Shown here: positions 42,728 to 52,784 of the stretch, piece by piece
Numbering within the stretch: the first letter of the stretch is position 1
How the letters are laid out: every line of letters starts with the position of its first letter
Origin: a virus
Virus record (IMG/VR): IMGVR_UViG_3300047491_001507
Reading direction: 5' to 3' (one strand)
Length of the DNA: 64,000 nt
The notes under the pieces: model-generated
Told to the model about the DNA's origin: nothing
The model's database searches: none
The model's input: only the letters and a program-made list of their open reading frames with translations
Program-made: the position numbers and the translations under genes

Positions 42728-45700
42728 AATGCTCCTTTTAACGTTTTTCCGTCCAATGTTTCAATTATAAGAATTATTCCTTCGTCCTGACCAACCGCTT
42801 CCTGTATGCCTGTCCCTGTACTCTTTGATAAAGCCTCAATAGCTATAGATCCATCAACTGTATTTTCTATCTCACTTATTATAATATCACGACTGTTGTG
42901 ATCTAACTCATCAAAAACAACAAATTGTACATTTACTTCATTTTTTGTAAAATGTACTAAATCGTAATTAACCAAAGTGCCTCCAAATCCTAATGTCGTC
43001 CATTGCTGGTCCAATCCCGATAAACTAACCGTATTAGAAGTCCATTCTAATATCTTAAAATACTGACCGTCAATTTTAAATAAATAACTTTCCTTGAAAT
43101 TATCTTTACCCTTTAAATACACAACATTATTAGAGTCTTTAGGTGAATTTGGAGGATATGTGCCATTGATAATGTCTAAGGTGTCTTCGAAATCTGTAGT
43201 TGTTTGCAAATTCAACCCATAATATCCAAAATAACCCATTTTGTCTTCTAATAACCTTCTTCGTGTATTGACTGCCACTCCAACCACATCTCCTAATGTC
43301 CAATCTGCAATCCAAAAACACGCATCATCAAAATCTGTGATTCTATACTCTATGTCGTCATATTGTAAATAATCACCGGAATGTATAAACTGCTCTCTGT
43401 TAATTAATTCAGAATCGTTCAAATCTACATAGCCACGCCTTGTACATCGCAATAAACCAGTAGAACTCATCAATATATCAACATCCTCATCTGAAATTAA
43501 CACATAAGATATATCAGAATTAACACTGTTTGTCGGCAAAGTCCCATTGTCTTCCAATATCAAACAATTGTTAATTATGTTTTTGATTTCGTAAGGAGTT
43601 GCAGAATATGCAGAAATCAACACCTTCCATGGAGTGCCTTCGCCCTCTTCTGCCACGCTCCATTGAGTTTTAATAGAAGTTTCTGTGAAATTTACGTTAA
43701 CATCGGAAAATTCAAAGTAATCGTCCTGTGTAATAGAAGTAAAACGATTGCTATAAACAATATTAGATAAATTAAAAGTAAATGGATTAGAATCGACGGG
43801 TTCATTTACGTCAGTTGTAACTTTGGCCGTGTTAGAAGATATATCTGATAAAATATACGTTCCCGCATTGGGAGATGGAGCCAATACTTCTAAAATGTTG
43901 CTCCCATTCATAACCCCCAAATATTCTAAAATATCATCAACAACAACAAACATCACATGATTGTTATAGGCTAAACCTGTTTCGCTCGTCACAATATCTG
44001 TTTGTTCTGCTAACTGATCACGATTAATTGCCCAAGTTTGCAGTCCGCTTTCCATCACTCTATTAAACAAAAGATTGTTCTGACCAGAAATCACATTCTG
44101 TTTTAAACTAAAAGTCACTAAAAAATCAATTTGTTCTTCAGGAGAGGTACAAAAGTCATTAAACTCTCCATAAACATTTACTGTGTAAAGGTTTGAGTGA
44201 AATGGCATGTGTTCTTCTAGTATATCATAACATTCTAAAATTCTATCATTTGATAGCTCTTCGATGCCTACATCTACAGAATAACTACTACTTAAACAAT
44301 ATCCACAAGGATCTATAAAGGTTTTGTCAATAAAACACGCATCATAAGAAGGACGAAGAGATCCATTGTATTCGTCCATGTTGTAAATGTTTTCTCCATA
44401 AGGAAATTCGGTTCTTAAATACCCAAAAATAACTGGATCATGATGAGGATGTCGTACAGGAACTATAATATCAAAAAGCGGATCTCCTTCTTCAATTAAT
44501 TTGACGTTCCAATTTTTAGGAGGAAATTCCTGTACTGCTTCATCTCTATTATCTTGAATTGGCAAAGATCTAATATAATCTTCTATTTGCTGCTCAGTTG
44601 GATTAGGAATAGCTTTGTATTGATACAACACTTTGATGATATCGCCAGAGGATAATTGCTCTCCTGTCCAGGTCATTCTTAGTTTAAAATCGTTTCCAAT
44701 TTCAAAACTGACGTTGTTTTCATCGACCGATGTGTATTCACTGTCTCCAGAATAACGAATCCACAAGCCAAAGTTGTCGTCGTCAATGGGGGCGACAATG
44801 TTGTCTTTCTCTAATTCAAATACTGGATTTTCTGGATCTACATAAAAAGATTCGGCCCAAGTATACGACGAAGTAACTTGCCAATATTGTGTATATTGAC
44901 TCAATATCATTCCTGATTGGGCAAATGCTTGTCTGAGTCCATCTAATGTACCTTTCTTTTTAAATAAAGGTATTGCTTCTTTGATCTGCCTTCTCCAAAG
45001 AGTTGGATCGCTAGATCTTAATTTCAAATTAAATAAATTCGACAAATATACCAATAATGACTCGTGCAAGGCATTTGCGTCAAATAAATCAATGATTTGA
45101 TTCGCAAAATCTTCCAGGAAAGTAAATCCAGAAGCAACAGCTTTATTTAACTTAAATGTCACATCAGGCGTTAAATCCACATCGCTTACTGTAGATTTGT
45201 ACATCTCTGGCAAGTATCTTTCAAGTAATACTTCATATTTCTCTTCGGGAGTAATGTGTGTGGGAATGGCAGTTGTAATACGAGGATCATCTTCTAATGT
45301 AAAAACAAGGTTTGCAGATAATTTGCTGCCATACTGATTTGGCATCCAACTCCAACAAACAAAGTAATCTCCACCACGAACACTGCCTTCTGGACGCCAT
45401 TCATATGTAAAATGACCATATTGAGTTTCGCCATTGTCATCTTCTGTTACATGAACCAATGACGAATTGCTCTCATCTGTAGATAGCCAAGCGGGTTCGC
45501 CTTCACTCCCGATAACCTTTACTGGTTTACGATCTTTAAAATAATAGGTGGTAGATACCCTTTTTGAAACTAAAGCAGATTCTGCTTCTTGTAGTAAGAG
45601 TGCATATTGCTCATTGGTTGGATTGTTACATGCTTGTGTTTTAAGAAGACTTACGGCAGTTGCTAGTTGTTCATCGTCAACTACTTTAGAATATTCTCCG

Positions 45701-45858
45701 AAATTAGGCGAAGAAAAATCTCTCTCGACATAATAAATGATAATTTTGTCAATCTTGTAAGGATCGCTTAAGAAACAACCATCAACATCAGGCGTTTCTA
45801 TGTTTATTATGATTGTGTCCGTTGATCTTGGACTTTGATTAAAATATTTTATTGCCAT
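42724..45858 (-). CDS. large baseplate protein (gpI/gp6-7-like by position)
   Basis: 1044 aa, immediately downstream of baseplate J. Its start overlaps the baseplate J stop (TAATG). Confidence 0.4.
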   Translation of the reverse strand: MAIKYFNQSPRSTDTIIINIETPDVDGCFLSDPYKIDKIIIYYVERDFSSPNFGEYSKVVDDEQLATAVSLLKTQACNNPTNEQYALLLQEAESALVSKRVSTTYYFKDRKPVKVIGSEGEPAWLSTDESNSSLVHVTEDDNGETQYGHFTYEWRPEGSVRGGDYFVCWSWMPNQYGSKLSANLVFTLEDDPRITTAIPTHITPEEKYEVLLERYLPEMYKSTVSDVDLTPDVTFKLNKAVASGFTFLEDFANQIIDLFDANALHESLLVYLSNLFNLKLRSSDPTLWRRQIKEAIPLFKKKGTLDGLRQAFAQSGMILSQYTQYWQVTSSYTWAESFYVDPENPVFELEKDNIVAPIDDDNFGLWIRYSGDSEYTSVDENNVSFEIGNDFKLRMTWTGEQLSSGDIIKVLYQYKAIPNPTEQQIEDYIRSLPIQDNRDEAVQEFPPKNWNVKLIEEGDPLFDIIVPVRHPHHDPVIFGYLRTEFPYGENIYNMDEYNGSLRPSYDACFIDKTFIDPCGYCLSSSYSVDVGIEELSNDRILECYDILEEHMPFHSNLYTVNVYGEFNDFCTSPEEQIDFLVTFSLKQNVISGQNNLLFNRVMESGLQTWAINRDQLAEQTDIVTSETGLAYNNHVMFVVVDDILEYLGVMNGSNILEVLAPSPNAGTYILSDISSNTAKVTTDVNEPVDSNPFTFNLSNIVYSNRFTSITQDDYFEFSDVNVNFTETSIKTQWSVAEEGEGTPWKVLISAYSATPYEIKNIINNCLILEDNGTLPTNSVNSDISYVLISDEDVDILMSSTGLLRCTRRGYVDLNDSELINREQFIHSGDYLQYDDIEYRITDFDDACFWIADWTLGDVVGVAVNTRRRLLEDKMGYFGYYGLNLQTTTDFEDTLDIINGTYPPNSPKDSNNVVYLKGKDNFKESYLFKIDGQYFKILEWTSNTVSLSGLDQQWTTLGFGGTLVNYDLVHFTKNEVNVQFVVFDELDHNSRDIIISEIENTVDGSIAIEALSKSTGTGIQEAVGQDEGIILIIETLDGKTLKGAL

Positions 45859-47414
45859 TATTCATACACAAAATTAGTTAAAATAGTAGAAGGTCTTATT
45901 ATTTCAAAGAAACGAGCCGTTACGATTGTGCCGGAATTGTTCTCATTGATCGTCTGGAAATCGACATCTACGGTCCTAATTTCTTTAATATCTGAAATCT
46001 CTTTGATCAAATCAACTGCTTTTAAAGTTTTACCATAATCCCAATTACTTAGAGAAAAGAAATTACTGATTCTAGTGTCTATTTTCCCTCTAAGCTCATC
46101 CTCAAATTTACGATAAAACTTGTCTATAGTGACATCTATAGTAACATCTGTTTCTATTACCACGCCATCTTTTATACATATTAGATCAGATATCATTTTT
46201 ATATTATTGACAGCATCTCTTAAATCTACTTTAAGCTCATTAGAAGCAGAAATTAAACCATTGTCGCCATCTAATGCTAATATATATAGGTCGATTACAT
46301 TTGCTGCACATCCAAATTGTCTCAATACAGCATTCGCCTTGCCGACTTGCCCATGATAATCGGTAATAAATTGACTGGCAAAAGTTTCATAATCTGTTCC
46401 AGTCACAATACGATTTTGTAGCCTTAACCAAGCTGGTAATTTTCGCTTAATATCTGTAATTGTATCGCCAGCATAACCATATTCACCACGAGTATAGTTG
46501 CGAAAAGCCACAGGAAGACGATATCCCAAACCTGGAACAGCAAAATTCCTTTGAATTTCGACACTTCCAGTAACAATATTTCCTGCGACTCCACCGCCAA
46601 CTCGATAAGTAATAGATATTTCTGCTCCATCAGGAGGAATTAAGCCAGCACGATTATTGCCAAATATAACGTAAGCTGCATAATTTGGATCATATTCAAC
46701 CCTAAACTCTTTTCTGGGCTGAGAATCTGTAAAATAATCTACCTTATCCCACTCTAAGCCATTTACCTGTACTCGTATGGAGTTGGAAATTACTGGAGAA
46801 TTTACCAGTTGTACATATTGATTTAGTGATCCGTTTCCGAAAGTCTGTTGAACATATGTTCTTCCTTCTAGACCTACAACACTAGTTGTAATAAAACTGC
46901 CCGCTGGAATAATAATTGATTCATTATAAATCGGAGCATTGGAAGGATCTGCGGCAAACAATTCAATGGTTTTAGGCCCATATTCTGTAGTGACTTCAAT
47001 AGCTTGTGGCGTGGGTATAACCATGTCCGTTTCTAAAGAGGTCGCTATATTTGCCGACCACAAAGATCTGGCGGCAATTGGAGGCTGAGGATTAAATCCG
47101 ACCAATTTGCTCAATCGAAATGCGTTATCTACCTCTCCGACTGTATCAATAAATACCTCATTGGCAATCTGATCCATCTTAAACGACAATGTATCTGCTA
47201 TAAATGCCCAATTTTCAATTAACATTAAGGCTAAATCAGATTCTACAAAATCATTAAATGAATCTCCAAACTGTTCCTTGATATAACCAATTAAACGTGA
47301 CTTCATTGACCAAAAGTCTTGATTCGTATAATTCAAATTTATCAATTTGGGAGATTTGACCAAATTGGCTTCGTCATAAGGAGTTACGTCAAAAGGACAA
47401 CTTTCATATGCCAT
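45858..47414 (-). CDS. baseplate J-like protein
   Basis: 518 aa directly downstream of the gp25-like gene, the canonical W-J-I order. Confidence 0.5.
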   Translation of the reverse strand: MAYESCPFDVTPYDEANLVKSPKLINLNYTNQDFWSMKSRLIGYIKEQFGDSFNDFVESDLALMLIENWAFIADTLSFKMDQIANEVFIDTVGEVDNAFRLSKLVGFNPQPPIAARSLWSANIATSLETDMVIPTPQAIEVTTEYGPKTIELFAADPSNAPIYNESIIIPAGSFITTSVVGLEGRTYVQQTFGNGSLNQYVQLVNSPVISNSIRVQVNGLEWDKVDYFTDSQPRKEFRVEYDPNYAAYVIFGNNRAGLIPPDGAEISITYRVGGGVAGNIVTGSVEIQRNFAVPGLGYRLPVAFRNYTRGEYGYAGDTITDIKRKLPAWLRLQNRIVTGTDYETFASQFITDYHGQVGKANAVLRQFGCAANVIDLYILALDGDNGLISASNELKVDLRDAVNNIKMISDLICIKDGVVIETDVTIDVTIDKFYRKFEDELRGKIDTRISNFFSLSNWDYGKTLKAVDLIKEISDIKEIRTVDVDFQTINENNSGTIVTARFFEIIRPSTILTNFVYE

Positions 47415-47417
47415 AAA

Positions 47418-47840
47418 TTACCTGCCTATTGTATACTCTAATTGTAGTTGTTCGACTTTAGAAATATTTTGAGGATCTATAAATTCAATTTTTATATGCA
47501 ATATTTCATCTTTGTCATAACCAGGGTCGTTTGGATTTAAATTGCTTTCATCAATTTGGGATGTAACATTGATTTTTAAAATTTCAATTCTTGGCTCCCA
47601 AGTTGCAATGGCTTGTCTCACCATATCTTCTGCTTCTTTTTCTAAAATAGCATCATTTGGTTGAAATTGCAGTCTTTTTAAATCAGTACCATAGTTAGGC
47701 ATCATTATCCTTTCCCCTGGATTTGTTAGCAATAATTGAACGATATCTGCTTTGATTTGATCAACTCCTGTTTTTTGAGCCATCAAACCTCTTGGGGTTT
47801 TTCTTAAAGGATATTGCAGACCTAAAAATTCATTCATCAT
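47418..47840 (-). CDS. gp25/GPW-like baseplate wedge protein
   Basis: IKADIVQLLLTNPGERIMMPNYGTDLKRLQFQPND matches the GPW/gp25 core (i..si..iL.T..GER.m.P.fG..l..l.f.p). Confidence 0.75.
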   Translation of the reverse strand: MMNEFLGLQYPLRKTPRGLMAQKTGVDQIKADIVQLLLTNPGERIMMPNYGTDLKRLQFQPNDAILEKEAEDMVRQAIATWEPRIEILKINVTSQIDESNLNPNDPGYDKDEILHIKIEFIDPQNISKVEQLQLEYTIGR

Positions 47841-47846
47841 TACCTC

Positions 47847-50201
47847 TTAACTAGTTGGGAGAAATTCATCCAATGCTTTCAGAGCCGCTTCTTGTCCAGC
47901 TTGTACCTCTTGTCCAACACCACTATTTTCAACACAACCCTTCCCTCCCGCATTTGCCATGGCATTGTTATAATCTCCACAACTGCCGCCACAACCAGCT
48001 TGACATTCATGCTTGGCTGATGCGAAAACTCGTTCACTTACTGATTGATCTGTCCAATGTATGATTCCTGTTAATGGACATAACGTCGGACAACGAGAAA
48101 CTACCACATTATATAGACATGGACTCTTACACTTCCCTCCAGTTGGTGGAGGACAATCACGGCCAGCACCTAAAATAATGTTTTCTTCAGCAAAAAGCAC
48201 ATGAGATTGACCTGTATATCGATAATCTATATCCTCTGAAATACGCAAATGCTTCTTCGATACATATGTAAATTTATCAGATGGATTCTTTTCTTTATCT
48301 CCTACAATAACCACATCAGCATCATAAGTTTGTCTGACATGATATCCGCCAGCCCTAAGAAAAACCATTCCTGGAGTTCCTAAGGGGCGACCTTGAAATC
48401 TTAATATATGCGGCCCACAACTTCCCTTGGCTCCAGAAGAATTACAATTTGGATCTGCACTCCCTCCAGCACATTGAGGATGGAGAATTTGAATTGATTG
48501 AGATTCGGTTTTTTCCTGAGAAGGAGCGTCATCAAATCGCATTTCCAATCCATAACCAGATTGAAACAACATGTATGCATTAGTTGCCTTCGCTTTAGCT
48601 TCTCCTCCCTCTTTTCGACAAGGACTACATTGCATATTCATATGATCGATTAACTTGATCTTATGATTGCTGGTAGAATGAATATGCACTCCACGACGAG
48701 GACCAGCATGATCTGGTGGACATTTCTGATCTTGTCCTTCACAGCCTTGGGAATCCGACTGCTGTCCCTTAATTGTTTCATCATTTAGTTGTATAAAACT
48801 ACCATTGGCACTTCGTAATTCGACAAAGTTACGATAGCCTCGCACCTTACTGGTTTCTTCCATGTCGCACATGGTCAATGCATGACCAGTTGCTGACTTC
48901 ATATACATCAAGCCTAAATACTTGTCATTGCAGCCAAAATCAAATGGTTCCAAAGAACGTTCCCATTCTGGTTTTCCACTTGGTTCTTCCACTGAATCAT
49001 CCATTACAAAAGTATGTCCGCTAATTGACAGGAACTGAATTCCTGTTTGTGGAAGATCACAACGGTTATTTTGGGGTGTGCCAGGGCCTTTATAAGGACG
49101 ACATTCATTTTTGTGCTTAAATGTGATATTGGAACCGCCCTGATTGCGATGATATTTGTGAGGAGGATCAGGAGGGTCGCCAGGGGTAGAACTATGCTGG
49201 AATGCTGAGCTATCATTGACATTTGTGGCTAACGGATTGGTTTGGACACAGCCATTACAATCTGTTTTTTCAAATGGGATTCCTTTTATGTCGGTATAAA
49301 ATGGAACAGGATTACAAAAATTTACTGTGGCAAGTTTATCTGAACCCAAGGCCGGATCTGGAGGACAACTTGGATGTGCCCATTGACCACCATAATGTAA
49401 ATGATCATCTTTAAACATCATCCAATTACCGCCACTGGACATAATTTCAAATCGTTTCCATCTCCGATTGCATCTGGCATCTCCGTCCACCATCTTAATC
49501 ATATGTTTTTCAGGAGTTTTAAAGCCATAGATATGAGGAAAAGTGACTGCATTTGTGCTTTGTTTGACAAATTGGTTGTTTTGATCTAAATCAAGATCGT
49601 TATAATTTTCTGTATTCCAAGGAGGAAGTACTTGAGACTCATTATTGGCATCCTTTCCTGGCCCATGGAAATAACCTTTACGATGCCCTTCATAAATAGC
49701 CCATTCTGGAATTGGATAAGGAAATTCTGTAGCAAAAGCTCCTCGATCTCGATGCCAGACAGTTCCTAAATAATAAGGAGAGCCTAATGATCCATTTTTG
49801 AATACCACCATGATGGTTGAACCAGCAGGAGGAACCCAATTTAATCCACAATCATCAAAACCGCCCATTGGATTAATTGGATTGGCAAAAGGCAGTGAGT
49901 CCAACAAAACTGTAGGATCATGTAAAACAGGGTGAAAAAATCTTACACGATTTTCTTTCCAAGGATCAATTGTATCCACAACCAATGCGGTGGAAATTGA
50001 ATTTAAAGATATGTTGCGTTTAATACTTTTATTTCGCAAAATATCGCTATTGGCAGCTTCTTGCCCGATATTATTAAGGGCTTGCTCTAACAAGCCTATT
50101 CGTTCTTCAACGCTAATCAAAATGTCGCTGACAGATACATTATCAAGTTCTGTGGGGTTTTTCATATACGTACTCCATCCTGGCAGCTTATTGGTTTCCA
50201 C
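47847..50201 (-). CDS. central spike protein (gpV/VgrG-like) with a Cys/His-rich C-terminal domain
   Basis: GSTIMVVFKNGSLGSPYYLGTVWH matches the phage baseplate V motif (G..V.V.F..GD...P...G..W). The C-terminal ~150 aa hold more than 20 Cys and His residues (CKSPC, CPTLCPL, CQAGCGGSCGDY). Confidence 0.55.
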   Translation of the reverse strand: METNKLPGWSTYMKNPTELDNVSVSDILISVEERIGLLEQALNNIGQEAANSDILRNKSIKRNISLNSISTALVVDTIDPWKENRVRFFHPVLHDPTVLLDSLPFANPINPMGGFDDCGLNWVPPAGSTIMVVFKNGSLGSPYYLGTVWHRDRGAFATEFPYPIPEWAIYEGHRKGYFHGPGKDANNESQVLPPWNTENYNDLDLDQNNQFVKQSTNAVTFPHIYGFKTPEKHMIKMVDGDARCNRRWKRFEIMSSGGNWMMFKDDHLHYGGQWAHPSCPPDPALGSDKLATVNFCNPVPFYTDIKGIPFEKTDCNGCVQTNPLATNVNDSSAFQHSSTPGDPPDPPHKYHRNQGGSNITFKHKNECRPYKGPGTPQNNRCDLPQTGIQFLSISGHTFVMDDSVEEPSGKPEWERSLEPFDFGCNDKYLGLMYMKSATGHALTMCDMEETSKVRGYRNFVELRSANGSFIQLNDETIKGQQSDSQGCEGQDQKCPPDHAGPRRGVHIHSTSNHKIKLIDHMNMQCSPCRKEGGEAKAKATNAYMLFQSGYGLEMRFDDAPSQEKTESQSIQILHPQCAGGSADPNCNSSGAKGSCGPHILRFQGRPLGTPGMVFLRAGGYHVRQTYDADVVIVGDKEKNPSDKFTYVSKKHLRISEDIDYRYTGQSHVLFAEENIILGAGRDCPPPTGGKCKSPCLYNVVVSRCPTLCPLTGIIHWTDQSVSERVFASAKHECQAGCGGSCGDYNNAMANAGGKGCVENSGVGQEVQAGQEAALKALDEFLPTS

Positions 50202-51796
50202 CCGCCATCAATTAAATTTTGTTCTAAATTAATCCAATCTGTAGGTGTTCCGTCGCTATTGAAAGCCGGTCTATCATTCCAAACCAAACTCAGCTTTAAA
50301 GTAGTAGTATACTTTCCAGAATCAATTTTGTGATTTACTTCTTTAATTTGCCATATTTTATGAGTTAAAGCCAAGTTCTCTGCTGGATAGGAAACTGTCC
50401 AATCAAGTCCGCTTGGATTTGAAAAAGGAGCTAAGAAGAATGGATTTATAAAAACTATCCAAACACAAGTTGCATTTAAAATATGAACTATTGGAGCCAA
50501 ATCTGGATTGCCAACAATGACCAAATCTGCCTCTATGGCATAAATTGGAAGTTTTCTATAAACAGAAACACTTTGTTGCTTCTGTGCTTCTTGCATTCCC
50601 CATTTTCCATAATAATTTCTGAAATTATCATTATCATTATACATTACTGGAATACCAGCACCGAGATTGGACGACCGTGTTAAACCGGCAGAATTGATTC
50701 CAGGGGTTGTTGCACTTCCGCCTTTAGTTTTTTCTGCCAAATCAGAAAAAGGACCTACTGCACTATTACTAATTGCACCGCCAACCGTCTGCATTTGTGC
50801 AAAATTCCATTTGAAATTAGGGTTAAACTCAAGCACAGGACCTATGTTTCCAGCATTAACATAATATTTTCCAATGCATCTAAATCCTATTGGATCTTTG
50901 TCTGTACCTTGCTGTTCCCAGTACTCTACTTCTTCTGTTTCGGCATTATAAAAACCTTTCCATGGTTTTTTATTTTCACTTAAATTTGTGCTCAGCCAAT
51001 AATCACAAGTACTATACTTATCAAATCCATAACAACTCCAATTCCCTACTTTTCCATCTGGATTTGATTCTTCAAAGAATCCACAGCCTAATTTTCCATG
51101 TGGTCCCATTTTGTAAAAACCTACAGATTTTACATTGGGAGAAAAAGAATTAGTCCACAATAGTCTTATAGCTTGAGCTATTCGCATATTGCCATAAGAT
51201 ATATTGGTGCTTCCTTGTTGTCCAATATGCATTGGATCAGTCAATGTCAATTGAGTGGTGAAAATACCTTTGTTGATTTGTGATTGAACATCCATTAGTT
51301 TCAAAGTCATACACGGACTTTTATGCAAGATTCTTCCTGCATTGGAGCAATTAGATCTAATCCAGCCATATTGCACATCACAATCTAAATTTGCAAAGCT
51401 GAAATCTGTACAAGACCAATCTTTTACTAAATGATCAAGAAACGTAGCTAAAGTGCCTCCTTCTTGATCTTGTATTGAAATACGCACTTGATGACCAGCT
51501 TCGGCACCATGTTCAAAAGAAGTAATACATGCACTATTTTTATATGGTAGTGTATCTGGAGATGAGTCATTAGATACAGTAATAATTGATCCACCTTGTC
51601 CATTAGAAGCAGCATTGGCATTGCTTCCTCGAAAGCTTAATTTAACCCACGGACTGATAATTTCGCCTCGTTCAGTCATAGCAATTGGAACATTGTCATT
51701 TTGTGAATAATAAATTCTTGGCAGAGAATCTGCTGCTAGACAATCAAGAATTCCAATAGCACTTGAACTTTGCGGGTCATTTTGGTCGGGCATCAA
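50162..51796 (-). CDS. baseplate hub protein (gp27/gpD-like by position)
   Basis: 544 aa between the tail-X-like gene and the spike gene. It overlaps the spike gene by 40 nt. Confidence 0.4.
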   Translation of the reverse strand: MMPDQNDPQSSSAIGILDCLAADSLPRIYYSQNDNVPIAMTERGEIISPWVKLSFRGSNANAASNGQGGSIITVSNDSSPDTLPYKNSACITSFEHGAEAGHQVRISIQDQEGGTLATFLDHLVKDWSCTDFSFANLDCDVQYGWIRSNCSNAGRILHKSPCMTLKLMDVQSQINKGIFTTQLTLTDPMHIGQQGSTNISYGNMRIAQAIRLLWTNSFSPNVKSVGFYKMGPHGKLGCGFFEESNPDGKVGNWSCYGFDKYSTCDYWLSTNLSENKKPWKGFYNAETEEVEYWEQQGTDKDPIGFRCIGKYYVNAGNIGPVLEFNPNFKWNFAQMQTVGGAISNSAVGPFSDLAEKTKGGSATTPGINSAGLTRSSNLGAGIPVMYNDNDNFRNYYGKWGMQEAQKQQSVSVYRKLPIYAIEADLVIVGNPDLAPIVHILNATCVWIVFINPFFLAPFSNPSGLDWTVSYPAENLALTHKIWQIKEVNHKIDSGKYTTTLKLSLVWNDRPAFNSDGTPTDWINLEQNLIDGGWKPISCQDGVRI

Positions 51797-51799
51797 TCC

Positions 51800-52120
51800 T
51801 CACATTAAAATAGGCAAAATTATAGTCTTTCCTGATACAAACTGATATATGTCGCTCATGTTGTTTGCTTCTAAAATTGACCACCAATAATTAGAACTGC
51901 CATAAACATCAAAAGCAACTAAATCCGGTCGATATTCTGCTCCTTTAGTAATAACCATTACTTTTTCTTTGCCAGTTGGTCTATATCTTTTTCGGATATA
52001 CAAATCAAAGGTCAAAAACTTATTTTCTCCATAGTAAACTATGTTTTGTTGTATGTATCGACTATTAGCAGAAACAACATTTCGAGTTTCAATTTGTGTT
52101 TTTTGAATTAACTGTGTCAT
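51800..52120 (-). CDS. LysM-like tail protein X family protein
   Basis: YRPDLVAFDVYGSSNYWWSILEANNMSD...GKTIILP matches the Phage_tail_X LysM-like pattern. Confidence 0.5.
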   Translation of the reverse strand: MTQLIQKTQIETRNVVSANSRYIQQNIVYYGENKFLTFDLYIRKRYRPTGKEKVMVITKGAEYRPDLVAFDVYGSSNYWWSILEANNMSDIYQFVSGKTIILPILM

Positions 52121-52122
52121 TT

Positions 52123-52773
52123 TTACCTAGCATAATAATAAATTCTTGATTGATATGGCAAGTTTGTTGAGTCATAAACGGCAAGCCAACTGGTATCTAC
52201 GTCAAAACGATAAGGACAAAAGTTAGATTCGTCCCAAGGAACATCATTCGGGAAACTAACCCTACAACTTGTTAATATGGCACATATTGGAGCAACTCCT
52301 AATAAACCCCCAATACATATAGTACAAACAGGGGGTGGCTGAAAAGGGGCTCCGTAAGTTGAATTTCCTTCTCTAGGATATAAAGCACTCTGTAATGCAC
52401 GCAAATTCTGAAGATTACAATCAGCACATTGATTGCATCCTCCACCTCCAAAACTATTAGAAAGCGGAGATTGTCCAGGCAAAACTCTTGTGTCATAACT
52501 AAAGCAAGGCTCTTGCGTTATGAAAAAATGCAATTGTATATCGATGGTTCGATCTCCAGAATAAGAATAAGTATACATTGGAAAGCTTCTTCCAAGTATT
52601 AATTCTTGATTGTATTGTGCGGTTTTACCTTCTGAAACATTCGGTAAAGCCACCATTTTTACATAATGTACGCCTGAGTATATCGGTATAGCAATATAAC
52701 AAATATCTGGATTGATTAATCGCAATATGTCTTTGCCACCATTTTTAGTTAATGTTGCTTTTCTAATACTCAT
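52123..52773 (-). CDS. tail protein (Dit or DNA-circularisation-like by position)
   Basis: 216 aa directly downstream of the tape measure gene. It has a Cys cluster (CNQCADC). Confidence 0.35.
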   Translation of the reverse strand: MSIRKATLTKNGGKDILRLINPDICYIAIPIYSGVHYVKMVALPNVSEGKTAQYNQELILGRSFPMYTYSYSGDRTIDIQLHFFITQEPCFSYDTRVLPGQSPLSNSFGGGGCNQCADCNLQNLRALQSALYPREGNSTYGAPFQPPPVCTICIGGLLGVAPICAILTSCRVSFPNDVPWDESNFCPYRFDVDTSWLAVYDSTNLPYQSRIYYYAR

Positions 52774-52784
52774 ATTTTACACCA

